Below, piece after piece: positions 35,689 through 44,943 of a DNA stretch of 64,000 nt (positions within the stretch are counted from its first letter, which is position 1; each line of letters starts with the position of its first letter). Origin of the DNA: an uncultured virus (IMG/VR IMGVR_UViG_2718217636_000001) (taxonomy: Duplodnaviria > Heunggongvirae > Uroviricota > Caudoviricetes); IMG/VR virus record IMGVR_UViG_2718217636_000001, one strand, 5' to 3'. Below the pieces are notes generated by a model, which did not search any database, was not told the origin of the DNA, and saw only the letters and a program-made list of their open reading frames with translations. Both the position numbers and the translations under genes were made by a program.

Positions 35689-35727
35689 CCCATTAGGCGG
35701 CGCGTTGCCGCTCGGCCTTCGTTGATA

Positions 35728-36360
35728 TCACTTGGGCTTACCACTCCAGCTATACGCGCAGCGCGGGCACTGGTAGTCGGTCGAGATGTCGTCGTCGAAC
35801 TCCTGGAAGCCCTCCGGCGACGGCCCGTCCGCGTCGCGGGTGCCGCCGCCGACGCCGTACCGCTCGTCGTAGTCCAGCACGCCCTCGGTGATGTGTGCGT
35901 CCGCCGCGAGCGCCTCCTGCAGTGTGGCCGCCTCGTCCTCGGAGTAGCCCGTGGCCGCAAGCAGCGCCTCGTCAGCCGCCCGGATCTCCTGCAGCGACAG
36001 CGCCAGCACGTCTTGGTCCCATCCGCCCTTTTCGTTGGTGCGGTTGTGGGCGATCATGTACGCCTCGGCGTCCGCGTCGGACCGGGACCGCCAGCCGCGC
36101 ACGATGGCCGCCATCCACGTGCCGTCCTCGCCCAGCTGCACGCCTTCCGGCGGGCTCGCGCCCTCGGCCTGCATCTGCATCAGGACTTCCTTGCGGCCGT
36201 GCCCGGCGACCAGTCGGCCGGTCCGCTCGTCTACCTCTCCGGCGACCACGCACCCGAACGTCTCGATGGACCTGCGGATGCTCGACAGGTCGTGGTCCTT
36301 GGCGTTCCGACTCGCGGAGGGAATCTCCGGGATCGGCATGTACTTGATGTACCGCTTCAT
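35728..36360 (-). CDS. ParB/Srx-like nuclease-domain protein with C-terminal Zn ribbon (DNA-modification associated)
   Basis: RNAKDHD, SIETFG, LVAGHGR, YQCPRCAYSW. Confidence 0.8.
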   Translation of the reverse strand: MKRYIKYMPIPEIPSASRNAKDHDLSSIRRSIETFGCVVAGEVDERTGRLVAGHGRKEVLMQMQAEGASPPEGVQLGEDGTWMAAIVRGWRSRSDADAEAYMIAHNRTNEKGGWDQDVLALSLQEIRAADEALLAATGYSEDEAATLQEALAADAHITEGVLDYDERYGVGGGTRDADGPSPEGFQEFDDDISTDYQCPRCAYSWSGKPK

Positions 36361-36968
36361 CACGCCTCCGCCTCGGCCGGCGACGTCGCGGGGAAAGCGC
36401 GGACGATTGCGTGGAACAGGTGGTCCTTGACCCGCTGCGACTGCGGCAGCGCCGCGTACGGCAGCAGACACGGATGCGTGCGCGCCTCGTCGTCCTTGAT
36501 CAGGCCGTACGTCCAGCCCTCAGCCGTCTTCGCCTCGCACCACCGCTCGTGCAGCTCCTGCGGAGTCGCGCCGGCCAGCGCCGCCTGGACGCCTTGGACC
36601 GCGGACTCTCGCTGCCACTCGGGCGCGTCGGCCCAGTGCGGCGACGGAGCCTCACCGGCGGCGATCTGCATGACGCGGTTCGCCTCGTGGCAGACGCGGG
36701 CGATCGTGGTCACATACACCTTCATGTCGGGGTCCTCGGGGTTTTCGGGGGTGCGGGGGTCGTCGTCGGGCAGCTTCTCCACCTCGGCCGCGGCTTCGCG
36801 CAGCAGCTCGGCCATGTCCGCGCGGAACGCCTTCGTGTCCAGGAGCAGGGACATCTCGCCTGGCTCGTCGCCGGGGACCGCCTTGAGAGGCAGCAAGAAC
36901 TCGCCGAGGAGGACGTCTTGGGAGCCGACCCGGAAGATCAGGCTGCCGGGCACCGTCATCGCCATCAC
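36360..36968 (-). CDS. RyR-domain protein
   Basis: ARVCHEAN, HERW...GWTYG, HPCLLPYAALP, KD. Confidence 0.8.
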   Translation of the reverse strand: MMAMTVPGSLIFRVGSQDVLLGEFLLPLKAVPGDEPGEMSLLLDTKAFRADMAELLREAAAEVEKLPDDDPRTPENPEDPDMKVYVTTIARVCHEANRVMQIAAGEAPSPHWADAPEWQRESAVQGVQAALAGATPQELHERWCEAKTAEGWTYGLIKDDEARTHPCLLPYAALPQSQRVKDHLFHAIVRAFPATSPAEAEA

Positions 36969-37147
36969 GCCACCACCGGTTCGCAGGCGAGCAGCTGGTG
37001 CCCGCGCCGCTTGTACCAGGCGTCGAGGGCGTCGGCGAGGACCTCTTCGATCTCGACGGTGACCTCGTCGACGCTGGTGTCCTCGGGCAGGTGGTCGCTG
37101 TCGTTGATGGTCGCGGCGACGGACCAGCGGATCAAAGTGGCGCTCAC
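36965..37147 (-). CDS. Hypothetical protein
   Basis: GTGA overlaps at both ends. Confidence 0.5.
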   Translation of the reverse strand: MSATLIRWSVAATINDSDHLPEDTSVDEVTVEIEEVLADALDAWYKRRGHQLLACEPVVA

Positions 37148-38205
37148 GGGGTGCCTCCGTCCGTGGTCTGCGGCTGGTAGCCGTACGCGGTTCGGCGCTC
37201 GCTCAGCTGCTTGGCGGCCAGCGTGCAGGCCAGCACGTCCCAGCAGCGGGCCTCGACGGCCTCCTCGGGCACCGGAACCGACGCCGCGGTGGTGCCTCCT
37301 CTGCCGGGGCGGGTGACGATCGGCGTGGCCGACTCCCACTCGACCGCCCAGTGGTACTTCGCGGCCCACTCGGCGCGCGGGCGGCCGAGCCGGACCCGCT
37401 TCAGGGTGAGCTGCACCTGGTGGCGGTCGCCTTCCGGCATGAGGATCCAGCCCATGACCGGGCCTTCCACGGGGCGAGAGCTGTACCGCTTGGGGCCGAG
37501 CAGCTTCTCCACCAGGTCGAAGCTGACGCTGCCGTGCATCCACCACGGATCGTCTCGTGACCACTCGTGCTCGCGGGCCCACAGCTTCCAGCGGAGCGCC
37601 CACTCGCTGACCGACACCTCGATGACGCGCGCGGTGTAGCCGGTTGGGTTCAGGCGGCGCTGCAGCCACGTGCCGAACCCCTCGGTGTGCAGGTAGAGCG
37701 CGCCGAGCGGGTTGAGCCGGATGTGCGTTGCCAGCGTGTTGTCGCCGCCAGCGCAGCCGACCTCGAACGCGATCGAGAACGCGCCGAACGTGCGGTCGAG
37801 CAGGACCTGCGCGCCGAGGCTGCCGGTGGGCTTGGCTGGCCACGGGCCGGGCAGCCGTAGGCCGGCGCGGACGCGGTTCATGGCCGCCCGCACTTCCTCG
37901 GTGGTGAGGACGTGCCGCTCGGGCGTCTCGTACAGGCCGTCGTAGCGGGAGCCGAGAGGCCACTCTTCGGGGGTGAGGTCGCCCTGCGGGTCGGGGCGGA
38001 CGCCGCATCGGTCGCAGGTGACCCAGCGGCGCGCCGCCAGGCCGCGCTTGTGGCGGCCGTACCCGTCGATGACCGGTTTGTGGCCGAGCAGGCGGCACCG
38101 CAGCATGAGGCGGGGCGCGTCGTTGAGCCAGACGCTTCGATCGACCAGCAGGCCGGGCGTGGGGTGGCCGTCGTCCTTGCGGTTGTCGCGGGAGTGCCAG
38201 TGCAC
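37144..38205 (-). CDS. Hypothetical phage protein with CRLLGH...CDRC Zn motif
   Basis: GGAGG RBS before GTG 38205; long open frame. Confidence 0.65.
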   Translation of the reverse strand: MHWHSRDNRKDDGHPTPGLLVDRSVWLNDAPRLMLRCRLLGHKPVIDGYGRHKRGLAARRWVTCDRCGVRPDPQGDLTPEEWPLGSRYDGLYETPERHVLTTEEVRAAMNRVRAGLRLPGPWPAKPTGSLGAQVLLDRTFGAFSIAFEVGCAGGDNTLATHIRLNPLGALYLHTEGFGTWLQRRLNPTGYTARVIEVSVSEWALRWKLWAREHEWSRDDPWWMHGSVSFDLVEKLLGPKRYSSRPVEGPVMGWILMPEGDRHQVQLTLKRVRLGRPRAEWAAKYHWAVEWESATPIVTRPGRGGTTAASVPVPEEAVEARCWDVLACTLAAKQLSERRTAYGYQPQTTDGGTP

Positions 38206-38307
38206 GAGGGGGCCTCCAGGTGGCGAGGGGTGGAGGGCCCGGCCCCGGCTCGTTTTCCGCGCCTCCCCCGATGAGCGCAGGGCCGTGCCGGGGCCGGGTG
38301 AACATGG

Positions 38308-38344
38308 GGAAGGCCCCGTCCCATCAAGGGGATCGGGGCCTTCC
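38308..38344. terminator. Hairpin at left edge of accessory island
   Basis: GGAAGGCCCC...GGGGCCTTCC. Confidence 0.5.
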
Positions 38345-39258
38345 AGCTCGTTTCGCGTCTCAGAGCGTCTGAGACAAGATCGACTCATGGGGGGGTCGAG
38401 AGCCATGCGGCGCGCCTTGAACGGGCAACACGCGCGGGCTCAGAGACGCGTACGAGCAAACATGCAAGCACTTTGGCATGCGTGTTCCACTCTGGCGGGC
38501 AGCATATGCACTGTTGTCAAGCCTCCGCAACCCTGATCCGCCAACCAGACGCGGCCGAGGGCATCCAGGGGCAAGCTCACGATCAGAGAGAGGGCGGCGG
38601 CGTGATCGATTTCGGCGGGCGGCGACCCTCCGAGTAAAGGTGTTCGAGCATCCGGGCATATGGCTGCAGAGACAGAGTTTCCTTACCTCCCCAGGGGAGG
38701 TCGAACTCCTCCGGTAAGCCGACCCAGACGTGGAGCCGATCAGGGTGCACAACCGACCCTGCCGCCTGCCAGACAGTCATAACCTTGACCCGGGTTGGAC
38801 TCCTTGGCGATCGGCAGATGGGCAGGGCTCGCTTATATAAACGCGCGCGATAAAGGCTCCACACCCTCCAGCCAGGAAGGATGCTCCACAGGGATTAATA
38901 GAGATAAATGCCAGAGAGTATTGCTGGACTATTTATACTAGGGCACTATTCGCGTCGGCGGTCGTATTAAATGACTGCACACTCTACCTGGGAAGACTTG
39001 GCATGTACTAAGCGATTGAGGGCTCTTGGAAGATCGGAAGCCGGGTGCGCGACGACTCCTTGCGGATCGAACTGGTGCGCACACGGAGAAGAAACCCTAG
39101 ATAATAAAAACTGCTCGACCTCCCGGGGTAAAGGGCCCCAAGAGGCGAGCAATGATACCGACCGAGTCCTCAGGACCGTGGCCGGGGTGGAGCGTCGACA
39201 ACTCCACTCTACGCCACGGACCAGGGCCTCGGTTGGATCACCGACCGAAGGAGTGATC

Positions 39259-39432
39259 GTGCATAACCTGCTGCCCATGCCCTGGATCATCGACGTGTGG
39301 AGCCTGTGCCTCAACCCGCTCTGGGATCGTGAGCGGCCATGGATCTCGGTGATCCCCGTCACCGTGGTGATCCTTGTGCTTCTTGTTTGCGGGCAGATGC
39401 AGCCGACGTGGGAGGTTCACATCTACCTCTAG
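39259..39432 (+). CDS. Small membrane peptide (57 aa)
   Basis: GAAGGAG RBS just before GTG; WISVIPVTVVILVLLVC helix. Confidence 0.4.
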   Translation: MHNLLPMPWIIDVWSLCLNPLWDRERPWISVIPVTVVILVLLVCGQMQPTWEVHIYL

Positions 39433-39654
39433 CCGTTCCTCCGCCGATCGATTAACCCGTCCCCTACCTGCTCAACACCATGCGGGCCGAGCACCTCAGC
39501 GTGCGAGGCCCGCACTGTGCGCTCTATGGTCAGGCTGCGACGGCGTGAATCTCACCGCGTCCTTACACTGCCCGCTTCACATTCGGATGCGCGCTGTGGC
39601 GTTGTCAGCCCACTGGCCGACGATCCACAGGTACTCGTGCAGCGCAGCCCTGCT

Positions 39655-40479
39655 TCAGATGAGCACCAAGGCGTCGTCTGAAACGTCTTCGGTTCGCACT
39701 CGCCACCGCCCGTCCGGCAACCGATCTGACGCTACTCTCATCCGCTCCGCCCATTCCGCCGTGGGCCAGTGCGTCCAATCGCTCCACACCACCTGGGGCA
39801 GGAGCGCACGGATCAGGTTAGCGCCGTCCAGGTCAGCGCCGATGAGGTTGGCGCCGGTCAGGTTCGCGTTGGCAAGGTTGGCTCCGATCAACCTCGCGCT
39901 CTCCAAAATCGCGCGGGTCAGGTTTGCGCCAGCCAGCTCCGCGTCGATGAGCTTCGCGCCAGACAGGTTGGCGTGGATCAGGTTCACACCGGACAGGTCC
40001 GTGCGGATGAGGAACGCGTCAGCCAAGAACGCGCCAGCCAAGTCCGCGTCGGTCAGGTCCGCGTCAGTCAGGTCCGTGTGGGTCAAGTTCACTCGGCTCA
40101 GCTTTGCGCCGCTGAGATGTGCGCCGCTCAGGTTCGCGCCACTAAGGGTTGCGCTAATCAAGGTCGCGCCGGACAAGTTCGCACCGCTTAGGTTCGCACC
40201 GATCAGACGCACGCTGACGAGAGTTGCACGGCTTAGGTTGGCGCCGGCCAGGTCCGCGCCGGTCAGGTCCGTGTCGCTCAGATCTGTGTCGCTCAGATCA
40301 GCGCCGCTCAGGGGTGTACTTACCAGGCCGGTGCCCCAGGTATTACCGAATGCAGGAGCGGTACGTGTCCAGGCCGCCGACCACCGCCCGATCCGGCCCT
40401 CCCCTGATGGACGGAAGGCGGGCGAACTGCGGGCGAAGGCTGCGACGATTCGGCCCGCCAGCGAGTCAGCGCGCAGCAT
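39655..40479 (-). CDS. Pentapeptide repeat protein
   Basis: About 30 A(D/N)LxG pentapeptide units; GGAGGAGG RBS. Confidence 0.85.
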   Translation of the reverse strand: MLRADSLAGRIVAAFARSSPAFRPSGEGRIGRWSAAWTRTAPAFGNTWGTGLVSTPLSGADLSDTDLSDTDLTGADLAGANLSRATLVSVRLIGANLSGANLSGATLISATLSGANLSGAHLSGAKLSRVNLTHTDLTDADLTDADLAGAFLADAFLIRTDLSGVNLIHANLSGAKLIDAELAGANLTRAILESARLIGANLANANLTGANLIGADLDGANLIRALLPQVVWSDWTHWPTAEWAERMRVASDRLPDGRWRVRTEDVSDDALVLI

Positions 40480-40909
40480 CTCGCCCCTCCTCCACACCAG
40501 TGATCTCCGCTTCACTTGACGGGTGTTCCCGGAGGTTGAGCAACTCTTGTGACAACGATGGGCCGCTGGCACCCGCCGCTGGAAACGCAGCCGGAGCATC
40601 AGCCAGGGGCAGGTCCGCCTGTACGGGAATCTGTTGGCTGAGCTTCTCCAGGATGAGAGGTGCGGCCGTGCCCAAGGCAAACGCAATGAGTGGCGTCACG
40701 CAGTCCACCGAAGCTCCTGCGGCGCCCGCGACCACCGCGCTCAGTGCCGCTCGGACGAGCACCGAGACGAAATAGGGGCCGCCGCCCGGTCCGTACGGGT
40801 AACGCCACGGCCACCCTCGCCCCACTCTCCGTGCCGCCTTGAAAAATTCCAGCGCCTCGATGGCCAGACCTCCGCCCAGCCCCCACAACGCAAGCACCCA
40901 GACGCTCAT
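40466..40909 (-). CDS. Membrane protein
   Basis: Three hydrophobic segments; overlaps pentapeptide gene. Confidence 0.65.
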   Translation of the reverse strand: MSVWVLALWGLGGGLAIEALEFFKAARRVGRGWPWRYPYGPGGGPYFVSVLVRAALSAVVAGAAGASVDCVTPLIAFALGTAAPLILEKLSQQIPVQADLPLADAPAAFPAAGASGPSLSQELLNLREHPSSEAEITGVEEGRDAAR

Positions 40910-41023
40910 GCACTGACCGTAAGCCGACCATGTCGTGCCGCGCACGGCTTCAGGACAACTCGCACAACCTAGGCGTGACCGGGGGCTCTGACGGACGCCC
41001 ACAGCTACGAAGGTTCCGGGGCC

Positions 41024-41669
41024 TCACATGCCGATGCCCGCCGTGGCGTTGTCCGCCCACTGGTCCACGATCCGCAGATACTCGTGCAACGCAGTGCCGT
41101 TCGGCGACTATCCGCCTGCACGGCGATCGTCTTGGTGTCGTGCCCGGCCGCCCGCGCCGCCGTGGCGAGGCCGGCGCGCATACTATGCCCGGTGATGCCG
41201 TCCAGGCCCACCGCCTCGGCCGCCGCCGTGACCGCGATCCCGATGCTCTGCCCCGTGATCGGACCCAGCATCTTGCGCCGGTTGAAGCGCAGGAATGCGG
41301 GCCCGTCCGGGTCGAGGTCCGCAGCCGCCGCCCACGCCAGCCAGGCGCGCCGGGGGCACGGCGACCCCGCGCTCCCGCAGGGACACCGCCGCGCCGTACA
41401 AGTTCCGCTCGATCGTCGACGGCGCCCTGCCCTCCTTCCCCAGCCAGATCACGAACCCGAGGAACGCTCCCGGAGTGCCGACCTCCAGCGGGATGCGCAC
41501 GGCTGACATACCGCTCCCAGGCCCGCCAGTCGGAGGCATAGGCGCGCAGGGTGTTGTCGGCGCGGGACTCGAACTTCTCGGCCGCCTGGTCGAGCGCGGC
41601 GTTGTCGGCGGATCCCAGCTCGCGGCCGCCCCGGAGCTTCTGCTGTTCGTCAAGCAGCGTGCGTGTCAA
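41024..41669 (-). pseudogene. Decayed Cre-like tyrosine recombinase
   Basis: NTLRAYASDWRAW / APSTIER / GHSMRAGLAT / LHEYLRIVDQW pieces lie in different frames; only about 645 bp. Confidence 0.8.
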
Positions 41670-41790
41670 CCGCTCATCGTCATCTCCTGTTTGGCTGGGG
41701 GCTGAGGGCAGGCCCCAGATCTTTGCTGGCCATTGGTTTACAACTGGAGACGCTCAGGTGTTCTGTCGAGGTAAGAGCTAGGAGAACGCC

Positions 41791-42009
41791 ATGTCGATGC
41801 AGTGGGCGCTCGCCATTGCAGCCCTCATCAATGTTGTAGGGCACGTTTGGGCCTGGAGGAATCTGCCGCGAAACACCGCACTCCTGGTGTCGGCTTGGAT
41901 TCTGTTGGTAACGATCTTTCTTGTGGTGCTGCTTGTCCATGCGATATGGGTGATCGTCGTGTTGGCCCTCGCCGCTGTGGTCCTTGCGCTCTTCTTGGCT
42001 GCGCACTAG
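41791..42009 (+). CDS. Small membrane protein
   Basis: 72 aa, very hydrophobic, AGGAG RBS. Confidence 0.6.
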   Translation: MSMQWALAIAALINVVGHVWAWRNLPRNTALLVSAWILLVTIFLVVLLVHAIWVIVVLALAAVVLALFLAAH

Positions 42010-42114
42010 TGAGTATGCATTTGTGGGTCGTGCCGTCCGGTTCGGCGCTCCCAGGAACTTGTTGAACTACATGCCAAGCCGCTAGCTCTTTCACTTGCGT
42101 AACGAAACATATCT

Positions 42115-42148
42115 CTAACTCACGATAAGAGACGTTATCGTGAGTTAT
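42115..42148. other. loxP-like recombination site
   Basis: CTAACTCACGATA-AGAGACGT-TATCGTGAGTTAT (13-8-13). Confidence 0.7.
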
Positions 42149-42164
42149 GCCACGATTGGCGACG

Positions 42165-42656
42165 CTATGGGCGAGGCCGCTTCAACCACTGCGGAAGGCT
42201 TCGAGCCGCAGGATGGCCAGGATCGCTCAGGTCCGCCACGTGTAGTCGGAAACTGTGCGCATGCTGCCCTTCCTCGACGGCTTTCCGCATTACCTCTTCG
42301 CTGAGCGACCGAACCACCGGGCTCTCTCCTGACCGGTCCACCACCACATCCGGCTCGTTGTGCGGCGCGAGTCGCCCCAGGTGCCAGCCCAGTTCGGCAG
42401 CCCTCTCCACCAGCCCATCTATCTCAGCGTTTCCGACGGACGCGCCCCGCGCGTCGGCTTGCGCTAGTTCCTCCTCCACGCTCTCCCGAGCCTGCTCCAC
42501 CTCGGCCAGTTCCACCGCTACCCCCGCAGCCTCCAACCGCTTCGCCCGCCCCATCGTCGCCGCCAACGGCCGGCGCAACACCACCACCGCCACCACCACA
42601 GCGACAGGCCAGGCTAGAGAGCTCACGAGGGACGCCACAAGCTGGAAACCCGACAT
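42165..42656 (-). CDS. N-terminally membrane-anchored protein
   Basis: LVSSLAWPVAVVVAVVVLRRPL. Confidence 0.65.
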   Translation of the reverse strand: MSGFQLVASLVSSLAWPVAVVVAVVVLRRPLAATMGRAKRLEAAGVAVELAEVEQARESVEEELAQADARGASVGNAEIDGLVERAAELGWHLGRLAPHNEPDVVVDRSGESPVVRSLSEEVMRKAVEEGQHAHSFRLHVADLSDPGHPAARSLPQWLKRPRP

Positions 42657-42704
42657 GACTCGCGCCACCTGTCCCATCCGCGATGAGCCCCGTATCGTCA
42701 GGTT

Positions 42705-43355
42705 ATGTCGGGATTGCCGATGTTGCCTGCGCAGCGCCGCGAGGCGCTTCGAGCCCTACGCGCTCAGAGGCGGAAGACGGAGAGACTGCTTCTTATAGCG
42801 ATGGTCGTGATGGGGTTCTCCATGCTGCTCGGCGCGGTGGCTGCAGCGCCGTTCCCGAGCCCGGCCAACACGATTGTCTTCTTCGTCGTCTGGATTCTTG
42901 CCGCGTTTGGCCCCTCCGGCTACCTCGGCCGTAAGTCGAAGAAGGAAGCAGACGCAATCGCGAAACATGAGCGAGAGATCGTGAGGCTCTATGAGAAGTT
43001 ACTTGATGTGCAAGACCCTGCACTTGAGGAACGTCTGACGATAGCCGCTCACCAACTGGTTGCCCTGTCCGCAGAGTTGAGCGAGCTACAGGTGATGGCG
43101 ACGCACCGAGCCGAGGTCATCGAGCAGCTCAAACAGCAGGCCCATCATGCACGACTGCAGTCGGAGTCGGATCAGAACCTGGCGGCGAAGTACCAGCGGG
43201 CAGCGGAGGGTATGCGTGACTACCTCGAAGTCCAGGCGGACGACTTGGACAGCCGCCAGCGCCGTACACAGTGGTTCTTCTATGTGCTGGCGTCGGTGAC
43301 CGGTTATGCCGTGGGCCTGTTGACAACTTGGACATACGAGCTCATGTCGAAGTAG
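42705..43355 (+). CDS. Membrane protein (2TM, coiled coil, C-terminal TM)
   Basis: Hydrophobic segments flanking a heptad-rich region. Confidence 0.65.
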   Translation: MSGLPMLPAQRREALRALRAQRRKTERLLLIAMVVMGFSMLLGAVAAAPFPSPANTIVFFVVWILAAFGPSGYLGRKSKKEADAIAKHEREIVRLYEKLLDVQDPALEERLTIAAHQLVALSAELSELQVMATHRAEVIEQLKQQAHHARLQSESDQNLAAKYQRAAEGMRDYLEVQADDLDSRQRRTQWFFYVLASVTGYAVGLLTTWTYELMSK

Positions 43356-43356
43356 C

Positions 43357-43620
43357 TCAGGTACGGCGAGCCGCCTTCACCTCGACATCGACAAGTTGGG
43401 GCAGACGCGGCCCAGGCCGGCCCCGCGAACGGCGACGCTCCACCTCCACCTCCAACAACTCCCGCACATTCACCAAGCCCCCCGCCTCCCCCCGCCGGCG
43501 CGCCCTCGGCAACCCAGTCGAAGCATCCACCACCAGACACCGGAGACGACCAGCATTAACCCACCGGCCCAACGTCGAACGATCAACACCAGCACGAACC
43601 GCAGCCACCTCAAACGACAC
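43357..43620 (-). CDS. MerR/excisionase-like HTH protein
   Basis: AAVRAGVDRSTLGRWVNAGRL; start uncertain. Confidence 0.55.
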   Translation of the reverse strand: MSFEVAAVRAGVDRSTLGRWVNAGRLRCLVVDASTGLPRARRRGEAGGLVNVRELLEVEVERRRSRGRPGPRLPQLVDVEVKAARRT

Positions 43621-43812
43621 CCACACACCAACCAGCATGCACCAGCACCAGGACACAGCACAGCAGAGCAAGGCAGGGCAGCACAGCGACGCCAAGTGCA
43701 CCCCGGCCCCCCTCCCCCCGGGGGGTGGGGGGTCGGTGCGGCCGGAGGAAAACGGGAAGGGCTCCACACGCGTGCCAGCGTGTGGAGCCCTGAGCGCGTT
43801 AGCGCGGTGAAA

Positions 43813-44223
43813 CTAGATGCCCCTGGTCAACCTCACCTGGAGCCCGCGAAGCTCGCGACGGATCGCCATGTCGCTGTTTCCGATGATGGCGCGGAGTCGC
43901 TTCACCTCTTTGCGCGCTTCCACGGCGTAAGGCGAGTTGGACGCCACCTTGCGTCGGCAACGATCCTCCGTCACCTCCTGCAGTTCGTGCGCCGCCACGT
44001 GGGCGGCGATGAGCGGCGTCGTGATCGCCTCATGCCAGAACATGGCGGCGTTCTCTACGCCCTGGCAGTGCGACGGGCCGAACTGAACCACCACGTTCCG
44101 GGGTCCGTCCTCCGGCGACTGGAGGAGGACGGCAACCGGGATGAACAGCTCCGCCATAAGGAGCGCGTACAGCTCCGCCGTTTCCTCGATGAGGTCGTTC
44201 GTGGGGGTCGTGTTGTACGGCAT
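43813..44223 (-). CDS. Hypothetical protein
   Basis: AGAAAGG RBS, 136 aa. Confidence 0.55.
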   Translation of the reverse strand: MPYNTTPTNDLIEETAELYALLMAELFIPVAVLLQSPEDGPRNVVVQFGPSHCQGVENAAMFWHEAITTPLIAAHVAAHELQEVTEDRCRRKVASNSPYAVEARKEVKRLRAIIGNSDMAIRRELRGLQVRLTRGI

Positions 44224-44299
44224 GGGGTTTGCCTTTCTGGCTGTGGGTTGGTTGGGAGGGGAGCCAGGCCACGCGGGTACGTGGCCTGGCTTGGGGGTG

Positions 44300-44941
44300 C
44301 TACTCGGACGCCTGCTCGGACGTCTGCTGGGCCTTGACGGCGTCGAGCATGGCGCGCATGGCAGTCACGTCGAGCCCGTTGTCCTCCGCGACCTTGATAG
44401 CGGCCGCGAGGTTCTTGACCTGCTCCTCAAGCTGCTTTCCGGCAGCTTCCCTCTGAAGGGCCTTACGCGTGGCCTCACGCTCCGCGACGACCCGATCCAT
44501 AGCCTGCGGGTCGGCCGCCTTGAGCCACTTAGCCAGGTCCGGGACGGACACCCCGGCAGGCTGGGCGAGAGGGTGTTCCGCGCCCACGTTCAGGAGGTGC
44601 ATCCCGACGTGGCGGAGGGTGGTGAGCCGCGCGACCGCCTTTGTCCGCTTCTGGGTGAAGACGAACCTGTCAGGGAAGTCGGGAAGGTCGGGAACGTCGA
44701 TCAGGTCTTCCCCGATCAGCGCGTCTCCCTTCAGCTCCCCGAAGTGGTGGACGGCGACCAGGGTCGCGATGGACGGGCGCATGCCCCCGACGAACGACCA
44801 GTAGTTCGCCGTGCCACGGGAGCTGCCCCCCTTGGGGGTCTCCGCGCGGGTGAGCCACGCGAACACGGGGATGAGCGCGTTCACCTGGTCGGGGGTGAGG
44901 ACGGTCTCAGGGGTGGTGGTGTCGGTCGTGTTCTCAGCCAT
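44300..44941 (-). CDS. Hypothetical protein with C-terminal coiled coil
   Basis: 213 aa, AGGAG RBS, 12-bp hairpin downstream (44262-44291). Confidence 0.65.
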   Translation of the reverse strand: MAENTTDTTTPETVLTPDQVNALIPVFAWLTRAETPKGGSSRGTANYWSFVGGMRPSIATLVAVHHFGELKGDALIGEDLIDVPDLPDFPDRFVFTQKRTKAVARLTTLRHVGMHLLNVGAEHPLAQPAGVSVPDLAKWLKAADPQAMDRVVAEREATRKALQREAAGKQLEEQVKNLAAAIKVAEDNGLDVTAMRAMLDAVKAQQTSEQASE

Positions 44942-44943
44942 GA

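Noticed and set aside
35728..36360. ParB as a plasmid partition protein
   Set aside because: No parA or HTH; the architecture and position are those of methylase-associated ParB/Srx proteins.
38360..39250. Short ORFs in the low-GC segment
   Set aside because: No convincing RBS or motifs; possibly gene remnants.
43700..43735. G/C-run tract as cos/pac site
   Set aside because: About 13 kb from terS, and PBSX-type terminases suggest headful packaging; no supporting evidence.
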